Source of the DNA: Planctomycetes bacterium GWF2_41_51
GTDB lineage: Bacteria > Planctomycetota > Phycisphaerae > Sedimentisphaerales > UBA12454
NCBI GenBank assembly: GCA_001825665.1
Contig: MHXZ01000018.1
Span: 972-64,971 of the forward strand
Length of the DNA stretch: 64,000 bases
Direction: 5' to 3'
Part shown: positions 1 to 7,333 of the stretch, piece by piece
How the letters are laid out: each line of letters begins with the position of its first letter
Numbering within the stretch: the first letter of the stretch is position 1
Translations under genes and position numbers: made by a program
The notes under the pieces: model-generated
Seen by the model: only the letters and a program-made list of their open reading frames with translations
The model's database searches: none
Told to the model about the DNA's origin: nothing

Positions 1-794
1 ATAAATACCGCAAGGCAAATGTGATAGTTCTGCCTGAGCAGGGCGACCTGGTTATCACAGGCGATATTCACGGCCACAGGAGAAATTTCGAACGCATCGT
101 CACATATTCGAATCTTGAAAATAATCCGCAGCGGCATTTAATTCTGCAGGAAATCATTCACGGCGGCGCAGAAGACAACCACGGCGGCTGTCTTTCGTTT
201 GAGGTTCTGGCAGAAGCCGTAAAGCTGAAAGTCAATTTTCCAGACAGGGTGCATTTCATTCTCGCAAATCACGATACCGCTTTCATTAATAACAGCGACG
301 TTATGAAAGGCGGCAAGGAAATGAATGCTTCGATGCGGGCGGCGCTGAAACGCCGTTTCGGAAATAATATGAAAACCGTTGAAAGCGCGATTGAGCGTTT
401 TTTGTTCTCACAGCCGCTTGCGGTAAAAACCTCTAACAGGATTTGGATTTCACATTCGCTGCCGTCAGACAGAAACGTGGAAAAATTCGATTTCACAATT
501 TTCGACAGGACTCTGAAAATTGTCGATATTGTCAGGCCCAACTCTGCTTATCTTTTGACGTGGGGCAGGGGGCAAAGCGTTGATAAACTCGAATTTTTCG
601 CAGGCAGGCTCGATGTAGATTTGTTCGTACTCGGCCATCAGGTGCAGGAAACAGGCTGGACGACAAACAATAAAAATCTTGTGATTCTGGATTCTCAGCA
701 CAACCACGGCCATTTGCTTCGCGTCGAACTCGACTCTCAATATACGATAGACAAGCTGGTCAAATCGCTTATACCCATTGCGAGTATTTGCTAA
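1..794 (+). CDS. Metallophosphoesterase (calcineurin-like phosphatase family), possibly 5'-truncated by the window edge
   Basis: ORF 21..794 carries GDIHGH and LANHD metal-binding motifs. The frame stays open upstream to base 3, so the true start may lie outside the window. Confidence 0.7.
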   Translation, partial: KYRKANVIVLPEQGDLVITGDIHGHRRNFERIVTYSNLENNPQRHLILQEIIHGGAEDNHGGCLSFEVLAEAVKLKVNFPDRVHFILANHDTAFINNSDVMKGGKEMNASMRAALKRRFGNNMKTVESAIERFLFSQPLAVKTSNRIWISHSLPSDRNVEKFDFTIFDRTLKIVDIVRPNSAYLLTWGRGQSVDKLEFFAGRLDVDLFVLGHQVQETGWTTNNKNLVILDSQHNHGHLLRVELDSQYTIDKLVKSLIPIASIC

Positions 795-806
795 AGGAAT
801 AGTAAA

Positions 807-2009
807 ATGATTTTTCTGTACGCATTGGTAGCAGCATCACTTATTGCAGAAGCATTGGCTGTTTGGCTGGTTATACGCAATTATAGATATGTCTTAAGAA
901 AATTCGATAGAAGCCGCACTTCTTATTGCCCGAAAACATCCCTGATTATTCCATGCAAGGGTTTCGATACCGAATTTGAAAAAAACATCAGTTCTTTTTA
1001 CGCATTGGATTACAGCGATTACGAATTGATTTTCGTAACTGAAAGCAGGCAGGATTCCGCATATAATCATCTGCTTGAGATTAAGGAAAAACTGCAAAGC
1101 AAAACCGCCGCATTCAAAATAAGTGTTGTTGTCGCGGGCGTTTCAAAACGAGCAGGCCAGAAAATTCATAACCAGCTTTTCGGCTGCGCTGCCGCTGACA
1201 GGGATTCCGAGGTTTTCGCTTTCGCCGATTCCGATGCGTGTGTAAAGCCCAATTGGCTCAATGAGCTTGTTTATCCGCTTCGCAGAGAAAAAAATGGCAT
1301 TGCAAGCGGTTATCGCTGGTACGTTCCATTAAAAAATAATTTTGCGACAATCGCTTTATCGGTAATCAATGCAAAAGTTGCGCAGCTTCTCGGCTCGACA
1401 ATTTTCAATTACGCATGGGGCGGTTCGATGGCGGTGCGCGTCGATGTATTTAAAAAAATCGGAATGGAAAAAATCTGGCAAAACGCTGTTAGCGATGACC
1501 TGACCATCAGCAGGGCAGTGAAAAAAGCGGGCTTGAAAGTTTATTTTGTTCCTGCCTGTTTTGTCGCATCTTATGAAAAGTATGATTTCCCGCGTTTCCT
1601 CGAATTCGCCCGCCGTCAGTTTTTGATTACAAGAATCATCACCCCCGGAACGTGGATGTTCGGCTTTATAACCAGCTTATATTCGGTTTTTGCGTTGTGG
1701 GGATTTGCCGCGATAGCTCTTTATTTAAAAAGCACAGGTTTTGCCAATTGGTATATTTTTCTGCTTACAGCCTTACTGTCGGCATCAGGCCAGTTCTTCA
1801 CAGCCGCTCTTCGTCAGAAGATGATTTTAGAAGTTTTTTATTCGGACTGGCATCGCCTAAAAGTTGCCGCCTTCGCAGATGTGCTCGCAGGCCCGCTCTG
1901 GTCGTTGATAATTTTGTACTGCATTATTTCTTCATCCATCGGCAGAACAATCCAATGGCGCGGAATAAAATATAAATTAATCAGCCCAACCGAAGTAATC
2001 AGAATCTAA
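807..2009 (+). CDS. Membrane glycosyltransferase, GT2/GT21-like (ceramide-glucosyltransferase-like fold)
   Basis: N-terminal TM helix, then the GT-A start SLIIPCKG..DYELIFV and a DSD (DxD-like) motif. Several C-terminal TM helices. Confidence 0.6.
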   Translation: MIFLYALVAASLIAEALAVWLVIRNYRYVLRKFDRSRTSYCPKTSLIIPCKGFDTEFEKNISSFYALDYSDYELIFVTESRQDSAYNHLLEIKEKLQSKTAAFKISVVVAGVSKRAGQKIHNQLFGCAAADRDSEVFAFADSDACVKPNWLNELVYPLRREKNGIASGYRWYVPLKNNFATIALSVINAKVAQLLGSTIFNYAWGGSMAVRVDVFKKIGMEKIWQNAVSDDLTISRAVKKAGLKVYFVPACFVASYEKYDFPRFLEFARRQFLITRIITPGTWMFGFITSLYSVFALWGFAAIALYLKSTGFANWYIFLLTALLSASGQFFTAALRQKMILEVFYSDWHRLKVAAFADVLAGPLWSLIILYCIISSSIGRTIQWRGIKYKLISPTEVIRI

Positions 2010-2039
2010 AAAAATTCCCGAAGAACAAAGACCGGCGTT

Positions 2040-2546
2040 TTATTTACTCGGAATTTTCAACCTGGAGCCGACAACAAGATTGCTCTTTGCTGTAATTTTC
2101 GGATTCAGTTTGAGTATTTCATTAAATCGGCTGCCGTTGCCGAGTTGTTTTTGAGCAATGCTCCAGAGACTGTCGCCGCTTTGAATAGTATATGATCTTG
2201 TGTTCGTGTCCTGCATCGTGGATGTTGTTGCAGGCCCATCCGGCTTTTCATATTCGACTGCTTTGACTGCTGTTTCAGTTTGAACCGGCTCTGCCGCAAC
2301 AACCGGCGCTGGAGTTCTGAGTTTTTCGATTTCAAGGCTGGCTCTCTGCAATTCACCGTTAAGCATTTCCATCATCCTGTCATAGCCGGTGATTCTCTCT
2401 TGTGCCTCGGCCTGTTCCTGCTGCATTTTTGTCTGTAAATCAGCAACTACTGCCTTGTTCTTGAAATTGGCAAAATACATACCGCCGGCAAACCCGGCTC
2501 CAAGCCCGACAATTCCGATTACTATTATTATAATTATCTGTTTCAT
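2040..2546 (-). CDS. Membrane-anchored LysM domain protein
   Basis: N-terminal TM helix, a coiled-coil-like middle, and a C-terminal LysM signature YTIQSGDSLWSIAQKQLG..ILKLN. Confidence 0.7.
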   Translation of the reverse strand: MKQIIIIIVIGIVGLGAGFAGGMYFANFKNKAVVADLQTKMQQEQAEAQERITGYDRMMEMLNGELQRASLEIEKLRTPAPVVAAEPVQTETAVKAVEYEKPDGPATTSTMQDTNTRSYTIQSGDSLWSIAQKQLGNGSRFNEILKLNPKITAKSNLVVGSRLKIPSK

Positions 2547-2634
2547 TTCTATTTTTCTTTCATAATTATTATATTTATTTTATTAATGCGGGTGACTATA
2601 CCATAAACTCCCGGAAAATGCTATACCCCCAAAT

Positions 2635-3150
2635 TTATTTTGCGGATTTTACCGGTTTGTTGCAATATGATTCTTTCATTTTCAGTTTTTTAATATCGCA
2701 GCTCGTTAATGGCCTCGGCGGCAGCCCGCTTAATATCGGCTGAATTTGTGCGGGCACATTTACATCGAACCTGTCATAGTATTTCTGAACAAACCAGAAG
2801 CATTGAAGACGCTCTTTACTATGGGCGGTGGTGTCCCCGAATTTGTTAGCCGCCGCCACGCACCCTGGAATAGCCGAATCTATATTTTTAAGCAGTTCAT
2901 CTGTTCGGCCTGCCCGAATCATAAAGGCGGTATTAGTCACATCTTGAATTTGTGAATAATATTGCCTTGTATAAAATCTGTTGAAATTCCATAAAGCCGC
3001 TCCGCCAAGCAATATTCCACCCGCCAAAAAACCAAGCATAAATATCCCAACTGCTTTTAATTTCCTTTTTTTATTTTCCATAATTATATCCTGCAAATCC
3101 AGGGATTCCTTTTTTTCGCGCTTAACCTCCGCAACTGCATGTCCTGCCAT
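2635..3150 (-). CDS. Hypothetical membrane protein
   Basis: ORF with one TM helix (GIFMLGFLAGGILLGGAALW) and no recognisable domain. An alternative start lies at 3081. Confidence 0.4.
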   Translation of the reverse strand: MAGHAVAEVKREKKESLDLQDIIMENKKRKLKAVGIFMLGFLAGGILLGGAALWNFNRFYTRQYYSQIQDVTNTAFMIRAGRTDELLKNIDSAIPGCVAAANKFGDTTAHSKERLQCFWFVQKYYDRFDVNVPAQIQPILSGLPPRPLTSCDIKKLKMKESYCNKPVKSAK

Positions 3151-3303
3151 AACCTTGGCGACGGTGGATACCGGGGAGAAAAAGAATTTTCTTGCCGTTC
3201 CAATCTTACAATCCTATGTGATAATAATTTTCTTTTTTGATTTAGTAAATTTTATTTCTGATCTTTAATCTTTCTCATTTAATAGCTTTTAAAAGGATTA
3301 ATA

Positions 3304-3972
3304 TTAATTTTTAAATTTAGAAAAGTTAGCATCTTTTGGAACCTCATAATTGATATATTGCGCAAACCTTCTAACAAAATCAGAATCGTCTTCGGCGATA
3401 TTTTTAGTTATGCCAAAATATTCCTTCGCTATACCTTCAACATCTCTATATAAAGGACAACTACTCTTAAACTCCAATTCCATTCGGTCTCTTGCAGCAA
3501 TTATTTTGATATCTTTTTCAAAATTTTTCTTAATAGTGAAACTAATTAGATAGGTAATTATTGAAACCATAATGACAAAAACAATACTAATAATAATTCC
3601 TTTTTGTAAACTCTTTATAAAAGGAATATCATCCTTTATGAAAAGTGCACCCAATTGAAACCCTAGAACAAAAATTATAAGAAAAACACTCACAAAAGTA
3701 TCTGATTTCTGGCTCGCTTTATCAGATATAATAGCAACGGAAGGCCATCCCATTGCAGAATAATGATAAGTAGATCGTAATATCTGTTCGGCACTGGTAA
3801 TTAAAGCCTTAGAGAGAAATAAAATGGCAATAAACCCTAAAAGAGTTGCACATAAATTTAAAAATTTAGCAAAATCCATTTTTTTATCCTTAGCAATTTC
3901 ATAATTAATCTTTACATTTAATATGTCATTGTGTTTTACATTAAATATTTGATTTTTCCTCTGTTGCTGCAT
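3304..3972 (-). CDS. Hypothetical multi-TM protein (AT-rich gene)
   Basis: ORF with 3-4 hydrophobic helices. Visibly more AT-rich than its neighbours. No recognisable domain. Confidence 0.4.
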   Translation of the reverse strand: MQQQRKNQIFNVKHNDILNVKINYEIAKDKKMDFAKFLNLCATLLGFIAILFLSKALITSAEQILRSTYHYSAMGWPSVAIISDKASQKSDTFVSVFLIIFVLGFQLGALFIKDDIPFIKSLQKGIIISIVFVIMVSIITYLISFTIKKNFEKDIKIIAARDRMELEFKSSCPLYRDVEGIAKEYFGITKNIAEDDSDFVRRFAQYINYEVPKDANFSKFKN

Positions 3973-4198
3973 CCATGAAGCTATCCGATTTTACTCTTTT
4001 ATTTTCCTTCTTCAATTAAAAATCTTTCCGCGCATCTAACGTTACCGCCAAACAACAAAACCTATAACGAGATGTTACCGCCATCGATACCGATACTGAA
4101 AATATCAGGAACCACATCCTGATCCTCAGAATCTGATTTCTTCACGAAATTTTCATTATTCACTCTTCACTTTTAACTATTCACTTTATTTTATCCGT

Positions 4199-4226
4199 CC
4201 ATTTTGGCCATCCCTCCCCAAAATGG
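4199..4226. promoter_or_regulatory. Perfect 9-bp inverted repeat CCATTTTGG-N10-CCAAAATGG (candidate enhancer/UAS or small hairpin)
   Basis: Read directly from the sequence. It lies about 200 bp upstream of the sigma54 promoter. The AAATGGTC half-motif recurs at 4291-4298. Confidence 0.35.
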
Positions 4227-4397
4227 TCGTTTTATTCTAACGGTTTTAAAACAAACAACTTGCAAAATACGCATATTCAAAATTCGCCTGAAATGGTCAT
4301 TGCCGAGCTTTTCTGGTTTTATGCCTCAAAATTTTTATCATTTCATAAGTCTTGTTATTACAAGCAGTTAAAAAATATAAAAAATTGTTTTCTGCAC

Positions 4398-4413
4398 TGG
4401 CACGGCGTTTGCT
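4398..4413 (+). promoter_or_regulatory. Sigma54 (RpoN) -24/-12 promoter
   Basis: TGGCACG-GCGT-TTGCT matches the TGGCACG-N4-TTGCW consensus exactly. It sits about 50 nt upstream of the ATG at 4465. Confidence 0.7.
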
Positions 4414-4464
4414 TTTATATATAGCGAGGGCGAGAAAAAGTCGTCTTGAGAAAGAAGGTTTTAA

Positions 4465-4884
4465 ATGCTCGTCCTTGTTAAAGCAAACGTTTTAGTCTTG
4501 GGATTTGGAGGAAGAAGCGATGCCTTGAAGGCGTTACCGATTCGCAAGTTGTTTGCTGAAACTGGTTTTGAAGCCAGTCGTTCTTTAAAAAATGAAAAAG
4601 TGGATGGTGTGATTAGTCTATGGAATTTGCCGGATGCACCGGCTGGAAAGTTCCTGCTAAACTTAAGGTTGGCAAAACCTTATTTGCCTATTATTGCGGT
4701 GGTTGATGCTGACAATATTGAGCAGGAAATCGCAGCCAGAAGTATCGGCTCAACAGCCGTTTTAAGTAAAAACGTCGATAACGATGTTCTTAAACGGACG
4801 ATTATAGAAATTCTTGGACTTGGCGACACCAAAGAAATCCAGAAACTCTGTGCCATTGCAGACGATGAAAATCGTCATATCTGA
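4465..4884 (+). CDS. Small receiver-like (CheY-fold) protein, probably a pseudo-receiver
   Basis: The alternating beta/alpha pattern and LPIIAVV..AVLSKNVD resemble beta4/beta5 of REC domains. By-eye alignment places GG instead of the acidic pair and no Asp at the phospho-acceptor position. Confidence 0.4.
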   Translation: MLVLVKANVLVLGFGGRSDALKALPIRKLFAETGFEASRSLKNEKVDGVISLWNLPDAPAGKFLLNLRLAKPYLPIIAVVDADNIEQEIAARSIGSTAVLSKNVDNDVLKRTIIEILGLGDTKEIQKLCAIADDENRHI

Positions 4885-4976
4885 CACGGGCCAAAGACCG
4901 AACAGTTAAATGGACCCGATTTATCGATGGCAGGCACTAGTTTATAGGGAGGGAGCGCAGAGAAAAGAAACAATAA

Positions 4977-5414
4977 CTTCTTCTCCTCCTCCAAGGTGGG
5001 TTGTGATCGGACAGTGATAGATGATTACAGCCCCCAGAGAGCAAGCATGGCTTAATGCCATGAGATTATAGGGCTCAGGAAGTTTTCTCCTCCTCCCAAA
5101 TGAGATGGGCTTGATACGAACAGTGATAATTCGGTTGAGCCCAACTCGAGAGCAATCACGGTTGTTGGGACCGTGTTTATTATAGAGGCCGTCTGGTATT
5201 GAATCAGGCGGATCGCTCACGATGAGTTTTCTCCTCCTCCCAACGATGGGTTATGACTGGACAGTGATAGATAGTTGTAACCCTATCGAAATCAGCCATG
5301 GCATAGCCATGAAGATATAAAATAATTCATTTTCTCCTCCCAGAGAAATAGGGTTGTAACCGAAAGTGAATATCGGCTACAACCCTTTGTTAAAAGACAT
5401 AGTCCTTGACTATG
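4977..5414 (+). repeat. Four imperfect tandem modules (starts about 4977, 5083, 5227, 5330)
   Basis: CU tracts are CTTCTTCTCCTCCTCCAA, TTTTCTCCTCCTCCCAA (x2) and TTTTCTCCTCCCAGAG. Hairpin 1 lies at 4998-5033, 5107-5142, 5248-5283 and 5351-5385, with the loop core CAGTGATA in modules 1-3 and AAGTGAATA in module 4. Hairpin 2 lies at 5046-5062, 5157-5175, 5297-5311 and 5398-5414. Confidence 0.85.
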
Positions 5415-5454
5415 AGTGAATAATCTGCTAAGGAATGAAGCATCACCCAATGTA

Positions 5455-5506
5455 GGCCCCGGCCATAAGATCACTGTTCGGTCTTAGGTCGGGGCCGGTT
5501 TTTTTT
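5455..5506 (+). terminator. Rho-independent terminator
   Basis: A 10-bp GC-rich stem (GGCCCCGGCC / GGTCGGGGCC, one G-U) is followed by GG and T8. Confidence 0.8.
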
Positions 5507-5626
5507 GCGCATTGAAAAAGGTCTTATTTTCAATCAGAACTATCGATATTATAAGACCAAACTAAAACTATTGCATTTCAGTAATAACAACTCTAAAATC
5601 AGTCGTCTTTTTTTAATGGAAATGGT

Positions 5627-7324
5627 ATGAAAAATATCGATCTTGAAAAATATTCTTCAGCTTTCACTTTGGCGGATATGGAAATTTTTGTATTTCCGGA
5701 ATTGATGTATTCGCTGCTTCTTGCCAATATAATGAGTCCTTTGATTTGGAAATGGCGAGAGGATAAATCATTCAAAAAACTCGAAGGCAAAGACCCATAT
5801 AAAAAATTGATGCGGCTCCGCCAGTTTATCATGGATGAATTTGAATTTAATCTCGACCTTGAAACATGGGGATTGACGGATAAAAAATCAGAAATAAAAA
5901 GATTTGAAAATTTTCTCACAGAGAAGGAGATTTCCGAAAGTAATGCTCTGTTCGGATACGAAGGCGATAAATATTATTATGATGTAGATATCAGAAAACA
6001 TTTCGGCCTCGATAAATATACTACCGATATAATTCCCTACTGGAAAACCGAAACTGTCGAAGCTATGAACGCCTTTCGGCATAAGAAAGGCTATAAAACG
6101 GGCGCAGGCGAATGTGTTTCGCTGTCAACTTTGTATGCGGCGGCAGCGTTTATTGTCTGCGGCATACCACTTGAAGATATTTTTTTAATTCTCACTCCTT
6201 TGCATTCACAGAATTATATAGATATCAACGATGGCATTATTACAAACAACAGAAGACTCGTAACCAAGGCGATGTGGTTCAACGGCACTGAAACTTCCGA
6301 CAAGGCCCAGCGTGCTCTGCGCAACGAACAAATAACAATGGTCGCTCATACAAGCGGGCTCATCCATTGCCTGTATAAAGACGCTACAATTAACAAAACC
6401 GAATACCAAAAATTCCTCGGCAAGCTTAATAATTATCTTTATTATCCTCTCGAACCGTTAGGCGTCGCCAATTTCCTGCGCAGCAAAGGTCAGTACCAAA
6501 AACATTTCCAGTTCTGCCGTGACTGCCGCGGCAACGCGCAATTTATCAAGGCCGAAAAACTGTTTTCGTATGAGCATGGCAGCAATTTCAGGGTTTGCGA
6601 TCCTACCCATGAAAAACTTCTTGCGGAAGTGCACGAGGAAGATTTCTCAAATCACGAATATGCAAAAAGAATCCGCTGCGACCAGTTTAAGGAATATATG
6701 GGCAAAAAGAAACCGGACATAAACACTGAAGATGGGCGTAAAGAACTTGCGCACGTTTTGTCAGATTATATTCCCGATTCCGAAAAATTCGTCGCCGAGC
6801 TTTACGATTTTCTGCATATCGAACCGAGACTGCCGAGTGAAGATAAAAATTATATCAATGGCGAACCGATAAAAATCACGCCGGATATGAGCAGAGAGCA
6901 GATAATCGATTATCTCAAAAGCATAAGAGATAAAAACACAATTGCCGATTTAGCCTTTTACGCATACCGTGATATGGAAACCTGCGATTGGCAGCCCTAT
7001 ATAAAATCCGCAATTGAACGAAGTCCTGTATCGATTGGAATGACTAAAGATAAATCAATACAGGAATGCTTCGATTGGCTTGCAAATATGCCCAATGAAT
7101 CGATATATGATAACAAAAGACTTGCCCAGCCCGATGAAGTTGCAAATTATGGCCGCGGCGATGGTATCGAAAAAGCAATCACCCTCGCAAATATTATCCA
7201 TAAAAGAGAACCAACCAAAAAAATAGATATCAATATCAATAAAGAAAAAGTTGTTTTGACTGCCGACGAAAAATTTGAATTTGAAAGCCCAAAAGGATTT
7301 GAGAAAGATATAATAATATCTTAA
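5627..7324 (+). CDS. Hypothetical protein with a transglutaminase-like cysteine-protease core
   Basis: GAGECVSLSTLYAAAAFIVCGIPLEDIFLILTPLHSQNYIDIND fits the Cys...GIP...His...Asp order of the transglutaminase-like fold. The rest is unrecognised. Confidence 0.45.
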   Translation: MKNIDLEKYSSAFTLADMEIFVFPELMYSLLLANIMSPLIWKWREDKSFKKLEGKDPYKKLMRLRQFIMDEFEFNLDLETWGLTDKKSEIKRFENFLTEKEISESNALFGYEGDKYYYDVDIRKHFGLDKYTTDIIPYWKTETVEAMNAFRHKKGYKTGAGECVSLSTLYAAAAFIVCGIPLEDIFLILTPLHSQNYIDINDGIITNNRRLVTKAMWFNGTETSDKAQRALRNEQITMVAHTSGLIHCLYKDATINKTEYQKFLGKLNNYLYYPLEPLGVANFLRSKGQYQKHFQFCRDCRGNAQFIKAEKLFSYEHGSNFRVCDPTHEKLLAEVHEEDFSNHEYAKRIRCDQFKEYMGKKKPDINTEDGRKELAHVLSDYIPDSEKFVAELYDFLHIEPRLPSEDKNYINGEPIKITPDMSREQIIDYLKSIRDKNTIADLAFYAYRDMETCDWQPYIKSAIERSPVSIGMTKDKSIQECFDWLANMPNESIYDNKRLAQPDEVANYGRGDGIEKAITLANIIHKREPTKKIDININKEKVVLTADEKFEFESPKGFEKDIIIS

Positions 7325-7333
7325 TAAGTAAGT

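Larger units (their letters stand above)
4887..5506 (+). ncRNA. Candidate structured non-coding RNA built from four tandem modules (unclassified)
   Basis: Four modules of CU tract, 11-13 bp hairpin and 6-7 bp hairpin, with compensatory changes between modules. G-U pairs are valid only on the + strand. A 13-nt perfect complementarity links 4894-4906 to 5473-5485, and a + strand intrinsic terminator sits at the 3' end. The 5' boundary is uncertain. Confidence 0.65.

Noticed and set aside
4977-5345. CsrB/RsmZ-like GGA-motif sponge read on the minus strand.
   Set aside because: The terminator (stem plus U8) and the G-U pairing polarity both point to the + strand. On that strand GGA occurs in only two of the four hairpin loops and is not conserved.
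4998-5414. Known RNA classes: ANTAR dual-hexaloop targets, the PyrR binding loop (a CCAGAGAG string in module 1), T-box, and type III antitoxin repeats.
   Set aside because: The loops are 9-14 nt, not hexaloops. The CCAGAGAG string is not conserved across modules. There is no specifier or T-box sequence. The repeats are long and imperfect, unlike the exact 34-40 nt repeats of ToxI-type antitoxins.
4942-5474. Minus-strand ORFs 4942..5220 (92 aa) and 5292..5474 (60 aa). Also possible micro-ORFs behind the strong minus-strand GGAGGAGGAG 'SD' copies, for example MNYFISSWLCHG and a GTG-initiated ORF.
   Set aside because: The ORFs run through the repeat modules and the terminator. No start codon or peptide is conserved from module to module. 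Hairpin G-U pairs are valid only on the + strand, so the GGAGG strings are the complement of + strand CU tracts rather than ribosome-binding sites.
4887-5498. MITE-like element, with imperfect inverted repeats of about 35-40 nt at both ends.
   Set aside because: No target-site duplication is visible. The interior is an ordered array of covarying hairpins, and the right 'TIR' is a functional-looking terminator. A single window cannot exclude genome-wide copies, so this remains the main alternative for the RNA finding.
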